Origin: Ktedonobacterales bacterium
GTDB taxonomy: Bacteria > Chloroflexota > Ktedonobacteria > Ktedonobacterales > JADMIN01
DNA: 64,000 nt
Direction: 5' to 3'
Assembly: GCA_035716045.1 (NCBI GenBank)
Contig: DASTKI010000165.1
Span: 80 to 64,079 of the forward strand
This document shows positions 55,925-64,000 of the stretch, piece after piece; positions within the stretch are counted from its first letter, which is position 1; each line of letters begins with the position of its first letter. Position numbers and translations under genes: made by a program. The notes below the pieces were generated by a model, which searched no databases, was not told where the DNA came from, and saw only the letters and a program-made list of their open reading frames with translations.

Positions 55925-57358
55925 CTAGTTCTGGACAGAACCTGCGCTGGCAGGCGCGCTCTGCGCCACGCGCTCGACGTGGATCGCCCGCGCCGCGTGG
56001 CCGTCTCCCTCCTTGCGCCCGGTCACGCGCAAGAGATCACCAGCGGTGACGCGCGACAGCGTGCTCAGGAGCGACTGGCTCTGCCCCGAGCCATCGTCGA
56101 ATGTCGTATCAGGGCTGATGCTGAAGCGCATGACGCGCCCATTCTTGACACGCGCGGCGGTGAGCGATTCGACGCCGACCTCCAGCGCCGTCACGCGCCA
56201 CCGTTTGCCCTTCTGGCCGCCTTTCCCGCCTTTGGACGCCTTCCGCTCCACAGAGACGGGTTCGCCAGCCTCACCAGCCTCACCAGCCTCGGCGGACTCA
56301 GCGGATTCGAGCGGCTCGACAGATGTGGCGGCTTTGCTGGCTGCGGCGGCGCCCTTGGCCGGGACAGGCTCCAGCTCAGGCTCGGGCGAGATGGTCGCCA
56401 GGCGGGCGGGCTTGAATAGTTCGCCGCTGTACGTCTTCGGCACAAGCATCGTCACCGCGCGCGCCAGGATCGAGAACTCGTAGATCGTGCCCGCCGGTGT
56501 GGGCTTCTCATGTTTCAGCTTGACCGAGCCGCCATCCACCTGGAGCGGCAGTGTGACCGGCGCGGCGATCCTGACATGGGACGCGCGATAGAACTGCGCG
56601 ACGTCCGAGCTTGGCTGCCGCTGGCACAGGAGCGAGCCCAGCAGCCGCCCGGCGCTGAGCGGCCCCGTCGCCGTAATCAGGCACACATCGAATAGACCGT
56701 CATCGGCGAACGCGTTGGCCGTGAGGTTGGTCATGCCAGCGTAGCGCCGCGTATTGCTGATAATGATCTCCGAGACGCGCCCGCGCCAGTGAAGATCGTC
56801 CAGCTCGACACGAACAGGGACGGCCCTGGCCTCCGGCAGCGCCTGGAGCGTGGCCAGCCCGATGGCCGCCGGGCCGATGCGATTCTTGAGCGGCTTGCTT
56901 ACATGATCAATGATCGCCCCGTCCAGCCCCACGCCCGCCATCAGGACGAAGTGATTCTTGTGCTTGCCGTTGACAGTGACCTCTCCGACGTCCACCCGGC
57001 GGCGCTCAGAAGCGACGAGCTGCATGGCGGCCATTTGCAGCCGCGACGCGACGCCGACTTCGTGCGCCCAGACATTGGCGGTGCCGCCCGGCAAGACGCC
57101 CACCGCCGTCTCCGTCCCCAGCACTCCCTCCACCAGCTCGTTGAGCGTGCCATCGCCGCCGCAGTCCACGACGACATGGCAGCCATCGCGCGCCGCCTCG
57201 CGCGCCAGCTCGGTGGCATGGCCGCCATGCAGCTTCTGCCGCACGGAAACATCCCAGCCCTGCTCGCGCAGGATGCTCAGCGGCTCCGAGAGGTCCACGC
57301 CCCCACGGCCTGAGCGCGGATTGGTGATCAGGCGCGCCTTGATCGCGCTTTGCGTCAT
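55925..57358 (-). CDS. Diacylglycerol/lipid kinase family protein (YegS/DAGK catalytic domain) with a C-terminal extension
   Basis: RLITNPRSGRGG...VVVDCGGDGTLNELVEG...GVLPGGTANVWA. The ~170-aa C-terminal extension includes a GEAGEAGE tract. Confidence 0.85.
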   Translation of the reverse strand: MTQSAIKARLITNPRSGRGGVDLSEPLSILREQGWDVSVRQKLHGGHATELAREAARDGCHVVVDCGGDGTLNELVEGVLGTETAVGVLPGGTANVWAHEVGVASRLQMAAMQLVASERRRVDVGEVTVNGKHKNHFVLMAGVGLDGAIIDHVSKPLKNRIGPAAIGLATLQALPEARAVPVRVELDDLHWRGRVSEIIISNTRRYAGMTNLTANAFADDGLFDVCLITATGPLSAGRLLGSLLCQRQPSSDVAQFYRASHVRIAAPVTLPLQVDGGSVKLKHEKPTPAGTIYEFSILARAVTMLVPKTYSGELFKPARLATISPEPELEPVPAKGAAAASKAATSVEPLESAESAEAGEAGEAGEPVSVERKASKGGKGGQKGKRWRVTALEVGVESLTAARVKNGRVMRFSISPDTTFDDGSGQSQSLLSTLSRVTAGDLLRVTGRKEGDGHAARAIHVERVAQSAPASAGSVQN

Positions 57359-57397
57359 CTCAGCTCTCCCCTCATGGGCATGTGTCAGCGCCCCGCG

Positions 57398-59104
57398 TCA
57401 GGCGACTCGAATACGGCGATACCGCGCCTGCGCGAGCGAGTAGACCCCGTATGCGAGCAGCCCCAGCGCGATCACCGCGAGCAGGACGCTGCCAAATGGC
57501 TCGCGCAGCGCCACCTCCAGCGCTCCCGACAATCCCTTCGCCTGGCTGGGATCATGCCGCAGGGCCGCGACGATGAAGAACGCGCCGATGATGGCGAAGA
57601 CGCACCCCAGGGAGGTGTATCCCACCCGGCCAAGTAGGACCACGCCCGCCCGCACGTTGTCTGGAGCCTGGGTCAGGTCGAGCTGCCTGCGAAACTCGGC
57701 GCTGTACGCCCGGTAGAACAGCGCGCCCGCGACACCCAGCGTGACCACCCCAACCAGGATGACCAGCGCCACACCTCCCGGCGCGTTGAGCAGGCGAGCC
57801 GTCCAGTCGTGCGCCTGGGCGTTGGAGCTCTTGCCGCCGCTGCTCTTGCCGGTCGCGAGCTCAAAGGCGAGCAACGCCAGACCGCCATAGATCACGCCGA
57901 TCGCGGCGTAGCCGAGCCGGGCGATGACGCCCTTGGCGTCCGTCCCGTAATGTTCCGTATCGAACACCGCCTGGACCAGACACCACAGCCCGTAGCCGAA
58001 CCAGCCCACCGCGGCCAGGATGAGCAGGAACGCCCCGAAGGGCTGATGGTAGATCACCCGCGTCGCGCCCGCCTGGTCCGTGAGGCTGCCGCCAATGTGG
58101 AGCGCGGCGGCCATCGCCAGACCGCCGATGATCAAATAGACGACCCCTTTGGCGGCATAGCCAGCATGGGCAAGCGTCGTGACAACTGGGCTATCGGCGG
58201 CGCGGCGCGCCGTGCGGGCGGTGTCCTCCGCGACCTCGTCGCTCGTGCGCGTCTCACTCTTAGGCATCCGTACCCTCCCCAGCGCCTGATAGATCAGGAT
58301 GACGACGACAAGCGCCATGCTCCCTAGCAAATAGCTCGCCAGCACATCGCTCGGCCAGTGCTCGCCCTCCAGCAGGCGCGACAGGCCAATGAAGACGAGA
58401 AAATAGAGGCAGACCGCCTGCACGACCCGAATCCAGGGCGTCCAGCGCGGATGGATGCGTAGCTCTTGCAGGGAGAGGAACAGCAGAAATCCATAAAACG
58501 CCGTCACATGCGAGACATGCCCCGACGGAAAGCTGCTCAGCCCGATATTCTTGACCGCATGGATGTGGACATTATTCGGGCGCGGGCGCGCCACCCAGCC
58601 ATTCAGCGCGAAGCTCGCGCCATCGGCCAGGAAGCCAGCGATGAGTGTCGCCACCGCATACCGCCAGCGCCGGAAGATCACGAATGTGAGTATGACGGCG
58701 AAGACGATGATCCCCGCTGGCGTTGGCCAGTTGGCGTCGCTGGCGAAGTTGATGAAGGCCACGACCGCTGGCGCTTTGATGCGCTGAATCAGCAGCAGCA
58801 GCCCGACATCGCCGGGAAACAGGGTGGAGGAGTGGGCGCGCAGCGTGAGCGCCATGCCCAACACGGCGGCGAGCGCCAGGACCCACAGCGCTGCGACGAT
58901 GGCGACGCGCCTCCGGCTGTATGGCAGCCAGCCTGATCGAGCGCCGGGCTGTTGTGACGCCTCCGCCCCGGTGGAGGTGACTGTATCAGTATCGAGATTC
59001 GCCACGATTGCCCCTTTCAGCGGTGCGGGCATAGACTCCGCCGCCACGCGCGCGTGACGCCGACCCGTAGCGGCGCGCCCGTCAGGAATGGTGGCGTGGG
59101 TCAT
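57398..59104 (-). CDS. PAP2-family phosphatase fused to DUF1206-type membrane repeats
   Basis: PAP2 motifs RPRP, SFPSGHV and SRLLEGEHWPSDV, followed by three GYAAKGVVYLIIGGLA-like repeats. The start is uncertain (ATG 59110, 59104 or 59032). Confidence 0.7.
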   Translation of the reverse strand: MTHATIPDGRAATGRRHARVAAESMPAPLKGAIVANLDTDTVTSTGAEASQQPGARSGWLPYSRRRVAIVAALWVLALAAVLGMALTLRAHSSTLFPGDVGLLLLIQRIKAPAVVAFINFASDANWPTPAGIIVFAVILTFVIFRRWRYAVATLIAGFLADGASFALNGWVARPRPNNVHIHAVKNIGLSSFPSGHVSHVTAFYGFLLFLSLQELRIHPRWTPWIRVVQAVCLYFLVFIGLSRLLEGEHWPSDVLASYLLGSMALVVVILIYQALGRVRMPKSETRTSDEVAEDTARTARRAADSPVVTTLAHAGYAAKGVVYLIIGGLAMAAALHIGGSLTDQAGATRVIYHQPFGAFLLILAAVGWFGYGLWCLVQAVFDTEHYGTDAKGVIARLGYAAIGVIYGGLALLAFELATGKSSGGKSSNAQAHDWTARLLNAPGGVALVILVGVVTLGVAGALFYRAYSAEFRRQLDLTQAPDNVRAGVVLLGRVGYTSLGCVFAIIGAFFIVAALRHDPSQAKGLSGALEVALREPFGSVLLAVIALGLLAYGVYSLAQARYRRIRVA

Positions 59105-60974
59105 TCGCATCCGCTGCGCCAATGTCAGGAGCCGTCGCCAGCTCATTCGCGGTCGGTTTGGGCAGGGCGCGTGACGCCGCCTCAGCCTGCCGGCTCTTGG
59201 CCCGCCAGTACAACTCCAGCACTCCACCCAGATACATGGCGCCGATCAGATAGCCCGCAACGACATCGCTGGGCCAGTGGGCGCCAAGGTAGACACGCGA
59301 TGCGCCAACCAGCGCGATCAGGGAACCGCCCGCGGCCGTGATCGCGCGCCGCAGCGCCGATGGCCGTAGGTTCGCCAGCGCCGCCGCCACCAGAAACCCG
59401 AGGGAGCTGACGTAGAACATCACATGGCCGCTGGGGAAGCTCGGCTCCCGGATCAGCCGCAGCACGCGCACGCGAGGCTCGGTTGGGCGCTCTCGCCGCA
59501 CGATGCGCTTGAGGACAAAGTTCAGCCCGCTGACGCTCCCGGCGAGCAGCAGGTAGAGCGCCTCCAGGTGGAAGCGAGCGCGCCAGAGGGCGAGCGTTAT
59601 CCCGGATATGACCAGGGTCGCTGGCCCCGGAAATCCCGCCCAGGCCACCCCGCGCCAGAACCGGTCCATGCGCGCCGACCGCGTGCGCTGGAGCGTCTGG
59701 GTGATCGCCAGGTCGCCGGGAAGGATGCTGGCGCGGCGCGCCGCGACCCCCGTGGCGACCGCCACGCCAGCGGCGCCGAGATAGAGCGTGCGGATCAGCG
59801 CGGCGCGGCGCGCGGCGCGGCGCGGCGGCTCCGTGACGTCCCGCACGGCGCTTTCGAGCGCGGCGCTCCCCGCCGCGACAACGGCGGCGGGTGAAGGCGG
59901 CTTGGCGGGCGAGCGTTTCAGCATCGAGGCGAGCGCCCGCCACGCCGTTCGCCATGGCCGCGCCTCGAGCCGCGCGGGCGCGGGGAGCGCCGCCAGCCGG
60001 AGCGCATGCGGCAGGACGTAGGCTTCGATACGCCGCCAGCGCCCCTCAGGACCGCAATCGCCATCAACATGGCCATCCACTTCCATGGCCCACGTCGCAC
60101 GCGATGAAGCGCCATCCGGCTCCACAACCACGCTCCTGGCGCGATACCGCCGTACCCGCTGGTCGTAGGCGCGGCGCCCGCCGATGCGGCGAATGACATG
60201 GGCCAGCAGCTCCAGGGGGCGGAAGCGCTCGTAGACCACGACATCGAGCAGCCCATCATCCATGCGAGCGCCTGGCGCGACGTTCATGCGCATAGCGATG
60301 GCGGGCGCGTTGCACAGCAGGACATGCAGGGCATGAAAGTGGTGGGCGCGACCATCCAGCCTGAGCGTCAGTGGCGCCGGCTGATACCGCGCGAGCGCCT
60401 GTCCTACCTGGATGGCGGCCGCTGGAGCCGCCAGGCTGTTCTGCTTGACGGACTCGCCGATGCCCATCAGTTCGGACAGCATCCCGAATCCCGCCGCTTC
60501 GATGAAGATCGTGTCGCCAATGCGCGCCAGGTCCAGCGGGCGAAAGCGCCCCGTGCGCAGGGTCTCGGCGACGCCGTCGAGCGCCGCGTCCGCGTCCATC
60601 GGCACGCCAAGCGCCGCGGCAATGTTGTTCATCGTGCCAGCGGGCAGAATACCTAGCGCCGCGCCCGCGCCCGCGCGGCTCGCGCGCCAGAGCCCCCTGG
60701 CCACGTCATGAATGGTTCCGTCGCCGCCCACCGCGACTACCACCCGGGCGCCATCCAGCGCCGCGCGCTCCGCGACCGCCGCCAGGTCGTCGGCGGCGCC
60801 AAGCGCGATCACCTCGCCATCCAGCCCGCGCCGCCGCAGCGCCGATTCCAGCGCGTCGGCGGCGAAAGCGCCCTCGCCTGTCTGGTGGGCGCTTTCGTGC
60901 ATGAGCGCGACAACTCGCCGGGACGCGGGCGCGCTCCTCGGCGCAGGCGCCGACGATGACGCGTGTGGTTGCAT
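59082..60974 (-). CDS. Fusion protein: N-terminal DAGK-type lipid kinase plus C-terminal PAP2 lipid phosphatase
   Basis: Trimmed to MQPHASSS (ATG 60974). Kinase motif VVVAVGGDGTIHDV...GILPAGTMNNIA. PAP2 motifs RRERP, SFPSGHV and SRVYLGAHWPSDV, all in one frame. Confidence 0.8.
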   Translation of the reverse strand: MQPHASSSAPAPRSAPASRRVVALMHESAHQTGEGAFAADALESALRRRGLDGEVIALGAADDLAAVAERAALDGARVVVAVGGDGTIHDVARGLWRASRAGAGAALGILPAGTMNNIAAALGVPMDADAALDGVAETLRTGRFRPLDLARIGDTIFIEAAGFGMLSELMGIGESVKQNSLAAPAAAIQVGQALARYQPAPLTLRLDGRAHHFHALHVLLCNAPAIAMRMNVAPGARMDDGLLDVVVYERFRPLELLAHVIRRIGGRRAYDQRVRRYRARSVVVEPDGASSRATWAMEVDGHVDGDCGPEGRWRRIEAYVLPHALRLAALPAPARLEARPWRTAWRALASMLKRSPAKPPSPAAVVAAGSAALESAVRDVTEPPRRAARRAALIRTLYLGAAGVAVATGVAARRASILPGDLAITQTLQRTRSARMDRFWRGVAWAGFPGPATLVISGITLALWRARFHLEALYLLLAGSVSGLNFVLKRIVRRERPTEPRVRVLRLIREPSFPSGHVMFYVSSLGFLVAAALANLRPSALRRAITAAGGSLIALVGASRVYLGAHWPSDVVAGYLIGAMYLGGVLELYWRAKSRQAEAASRALPKPTANELATAPDIGAADANDPRHHS

Positions 60975-61080
60975 GTTGGCCCCTTCATAATGCGCCCACC
61001 AGGCAGGCCCCATGTCGCGGCGTGTAGGCGTCGCGGCGCGGCTATTCCGCTGCGCTCTTCCGTAGCGCAAATGCGGCGCC

Positions 61081-61132
61081 ACCCGCCTTCGCCACCCGCC
61101 TTCGCCACCCACCTTCGCCACCCACCGTCGCC
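61081..61132. repeat. 13-nt x4 tandem repeat upstream of the kinase-phosphatase fusion gene
   Basis: acccgccttcgcc acccgccttcgcc acccaccttcgcc acccaccgtcgcc. Confidence 0.9.
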
Positions 61133-61390
61133 GCATGGCTCGCTCGTGGCGTCCGGGCTCGCGCTCTCACGGCCACATCACAGCGGCGCGCTCACATTCA
61201 CAGACACGTCACAGCACGGCCGAAATGCGACTTTTGTCGCGTCATACGGCGAATGCCGCCAACTACTGTGGACGGTAGGGGGCATGGCTAGCTGGCGGCG
61301 CGATCTCGCCCGCGGCAGGACGCTTCCCCCTGGATACGCCACCGAATTCGATCATCACCGATTTCGATCACCGACGAGGGGGAACATCTC

Positions 61391-62557
61391 ATGAGCATCC
61401 ATCCTGGGCCGATCCCGACCAGAGAGCGCGAGGACGCATCTCCCGTCTCACAGCCGCTCGCGCCAATCAGCGCGCCGCCGAACGGCGCGGCGCCCGCTAC
61501 CCAGCCTGGCGCGCTGCGCAAGGAATGGGATGCCATCACACGTCGCGACGCTACCGCGCTCAAGCACATCTTCGTGGGCGCGCTGAGCGCCATTCTCGTC
61601 TTCACTGTGGCGATGGGCGCCTACGCCGCCTTCACGGGCGCTCCCGCCTCGACGGCGGCCCCATCCGGCTCGTCCGCGTCATCGGCGTCATCGGCCAAGG
61701 TGGCTCAGGTCGCCGTCCCCAAGTACCAGCCCTACAACGCGCAGCCGGCCGCAGCGCCCAGCGGGCCGACCGCCAATATCACGCTGACCGTCAAAGAGGG
61801 GCTGGTCACAATCGCGCCGAACGTCGCCTACAACGCCTGGACCTTCGATGGCACAATCCCCGGCCCGATCCTGCGCGTGCGCCAGGGGCAGACCGTCAAC
61901 TTCACGCTGATCAACGATGGGAAGATGGGCCACTCGATAGACTTCCACGCGGCTCAGGTCGCGCCGAATGTTGACTACCGGCCCATCCCGGCGGGCGACA
62001 AGATCAGCTTCACCTTCACGCCCAAGTACCCCGGCGTCTTCATGTACCACTGCGGCATGTCGCCGGTGATGGACCACATCGCCAACGGCATGTACGGCGC
62101 GATCATCGTGGACCCGGCGAATGGCTGGTCGTCCGCCAAGGAGTACGCGCTGGTGCAGAGTGAGTTCTACACCCAGAAGGGCGCCGACGGCTCCTACAGC
62201 CTGGACCAGAAGAAGATGATGTCCGCGATGCCTGACTACGTCGTCTTCAACGGCTACTCCGCCCAGTACGTCAGCAACCCGCTGACCGCGAAGCCAGGCG
62301 AGAAGATCCGCCTGTTCATCGTCAACGCCGGGCCGACCGGGTTCTCGGCCTTCCATGTGATCGGCGCGATCTTCAGCGACTACTACCCTGACGGCAACCC
62401 CGCCAACCATATGGTCGGCGCGCAGACGATCACCATCCCGCCCGGCGGCGGCGCGGTCGTCGAGCTGACGATCCCCGACAAGGGCTCGTACAACTTCGTC
62501 ACCCACTCCTTCGCCGCCGCGATGTCTGGCGCGATCGGCGCCATCAAAGTCGGCTAG
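61391..62557 (+). CDS. Membrane-anchored two-domain copper protein, copper-containing nitrite reductase (NirK)-like
   Basis: GHSIDFHAA (compare NirK HNxDFHA), FMYHCGMSPVMDHIANGMYG (H-C...H....M ligand spacing) and second-domain AFHVIG. N-terminal TM plus a Ser/Ala-rich linker. Confidence 0.7.
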   Translation: MSIHPGPIPTREREDASPVSQPLAPISAPPNGAAPATQPGALRKEWDAITRRDATALKHIFVGALSAILVFTVAMGAYAAFTGAPASTAAPSGSSASSASSAKVAQVAVPKYQPYNAQPAAAPSGPTANITLTVKEGLVTIAPNVAYNAWTFDGTIPGPILRVRQGQTVNFTLINDGKMGHSIDFHAAQVAPNVDYRPIPAGDKISFTFTPKYPGVFMYHCGMSPVMDHIANGMYGAIIVDPANGWSSAKEYALVQSEFYTQKGADGSYSLDQKKMMSAMPDYVVFNGYSAQYVSNPLTAKPGEKIRLFIVNAGPTGFSAFHVIGAIFSDYYPDGNPANHMVGAQTITIPPGGGAVVELTIPDKGSYNFVTHSFAAAMSGAIGAIKVG

Positions 62558-62790
62558 TCCGCAGCTGAAGCCCTACCTCACCAAGGCTTCACATCAGCGC
62601 GCCCGCCCATCCCGCCATTGCCCCCCGGCGGCGGTGGGTGGGCGCCACTTGTATGCGGGCTCCACCCCATCCCTCCCACGCCCCCTCCGCGGCGCGCAAG
62701 TAGACAGCCTGTGTATACTGGGAATACACCCTGGGCGCGTGGCCTTCCGTTCGGGGCTGTGACGCCTGAATGGCCGAGGAGACGACGCCC

Positions 62791-64000
62791 ATGCAGCCAG
62801 CGCCCGCGGCGAAATGTCCAGTCTGTGAGAGGCCGGTCTACGCCGACTCAGCGGGCTTTCTAGAATGCGCCTGCGGCTGGGGCGGGCCGGGTGATCCAGC
62901 CGAGGCGGCGCGCGGGCTCTCGCGCGCGGTGACGCTCTTCGACCGCCGGATGGCGGCGCGCATCGCCTGGCGCGACCTCAAGCGCATTACCGAAAACAAA
63001 GGCGCCACCAGCCCGCGCGGCCCGCTCTACCTGCTGGCGCTGCTAGCGCTGAGCACGCTGGTCTATCTCGCGCTGGGCGCGTTGATCGCGGGCGCCATCG
63101 GGCTGATGGTCTACTATGTCACGGACGGCCTGTGGGTAGGCGTCGTCCTCGACGCGGTCGTTCTCCTCTATCTCTACACAGCGCTCTTCGGCTTCCCCAC
63201 CCGCTCGCGCGCCATCGTCGCGCCGCTCTCCGCCTATCCCCGCCTGGAGGCGCTGACGCGCGAGGTAGCGGGGCGGGTGAAGGTCAAGCCGCCGCGCTGG
63301 GTGATCCTCGTCCCTGGCGCGAACTTCTTCATCTCGCGGCGGATGCTCTGGGGCAAAGCGCTCCTGCCGCAAACCGTGCTCGGCGTCGGCGTCGCGGGTC
63401 TGGCGCTGCTCTCCGAGCAGGAGCTGCGCGCGCTTCTGGCGCATGAGCTGGCCCACCACCGCTACGCCCACACGCTCAGCGCGCTCTACTTCGGCTATGC
63501 GGAGCGCGCGCTCCACAGCGTCATCAGCGCCGCGCGGCAGGGCATCGAGACGAACACCCGCGGAACCCGCGGCGTTCATGGCATGAACGATGTCGGCCTG
63601 AACGTCGGTATCATGCTCGCGGTGGTCGTCGTCTGGATTGTGACCCTGCCGCTGCGGCTGCTCTGGGTCACCTTCCACCTGCTGCGCCTGCGCATCAGCC
63701 GCTCGCACGAGTTCCAGGCCGACGCTGAAGCCGTGCGCATCTACGGCACGGAAACGTTCATCAATATGGAGACGGGCGTCTTAGCGGCCGCGGCCACCAT
63801 GCGCGGCGCGGGCGAGGGGCTGCTCAAGGCGATGCGGCAGCGCGACACCCCCAACTTCTTCGCCGAGCTGCGCCGTCACTACGCCGAGCTGCCCGCGGAT
63901 TATCTGGGCGAGATGCGCATGAAGGCCACACGCGAGTACCGCACGCTACTGAGCACGCATCCCATCATGCCCGACCGCATCCGCGCCGCGCTGATCGAGG
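62791..64000 (+). CDS. M48-family (HtpX-like) zinc metallopeptidase with an N-terminal zinc ribbon, partial; runs off the window
   Basis: ATG 62791 after gaggag. Own translation MQPAPAAKCPVCERPVYADSAGFLECACGW..., TM segments and the HExxH motif LLAHELAHHRY (around 63435). No stop before 64000, so it is absent from the ORF track. Confidence 0.7.
   Translation, partial: MQPAPAAKCPVCERPVYADSAGFLECACGWGGPGDPAEAARGLSRAVTLFDRRMAARIAWRDLKRITENKGATSPRGPLYLLALLALSTLVYLALGALIAGAIGLMVYYVTDGLWVGVVLDAVVLLYLYTALFGFPTRSRAIVAPLSAYPRLEALTREVAGRVKVKPPRWVILVPGANFFISRRMLWGKALLPQTVLGVGVAGLALLSEQELRALLAHELAHHRYAHTLSALYFGYAERALHSVISAARQGIETNTRGTRGVHGMNDVGLNVGIMLAVVVVWIVTLPLRLLWVTFHLLRLRISRSHEFQADAEAVRIYGTETFINMETGVLAAAATMRGAGEGLLKAMRQRDTPNFFAELRRHYAELPADYLGEMRMKATREYRTLLSTHPIMPDRIRAALIE

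Noticed and set aside
63043-63708. 221-aa minus-strand ORF
   Set aside because: Antisense to the open-ended M48 peptidase gene (HELAHH motif on the plus strand). Asp/Arg/Glu-rich shadow composition.
1-64000. tRNA, rRNA, tmRNA, RNase P and riboswitch candidates
   Set aside because: Scanning the intergenic regions by eye found no cloverleaf-compatible T-arm (GGTTCGAATCC-like) or anticodon architecture and no rRNA-like conserved blocks. I cannot exclude small ncRNAs without Infernal/Rfam.

Overview
High-GC bacterial chromosomal segment, read by eye with no searches run. The gene content (many GT-C membrane glycosyltransferases, ECF sigma/anti-sigma pairs, TIR and caspase-WD40 proteins) and the dense palindromic repeats suggest a complex or filamentous Chloroflexota-like organism; this is inference only. 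Most real genes lie on the minus strand. Housekeeping and accessory content: sucA-sucB (2-oxoglutarate dehydrogenase E1/E2), an acyl-CoA synthetase, a four-gene Opp/Dpp-type ABC importer (two permeases, two ATPases, no binding protein), two ECF sigma/anti-sigma pairs, two TetR regulators, a GAF-MCP chemoreceptor, threonine dehydratase, two histidine phosphatases, an APH-type kinase, D-aminopeptidase DppA(M55), YbaK, a CsaA-like tRNA-binding protein, a lipid kinase/PAP2 phosphatase cluster, a NirK-like copper protein, a cupredoxin and an M48 peptidase. Four things stand out. (1) A low-GC island of about 5.1 kb (49282-54405) sits exactly at the 3' end of a histidine-phosphatase gene and is bounded by att-like direct repeats. 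It carries a caspase(C14)-WD40 protein, a degenerate ROK/ASKHA-like protein, a 2-TM protein and a small Cys/His protein. This is my best candidate for an undescribed conflict or programmed-death-type system. (2) A DUF433/DUF5615 toxin-antitoxin cassette is inserted the same way at the 3' end of the threonine dehydratase gene. (3) A TIR-TM-extracellular-domain protein has Toll-like receptor topology. (4) Three families of short palindromic repeats all lie in the same orientation, and several copies sit in-frame inside coding sequences. No rRNA, tRNA, CRISPR array, integrase or transposase was recognised. Many long ORFs in the track are antisense or off-frame shadows typical of high-GC DNA and were rejected.
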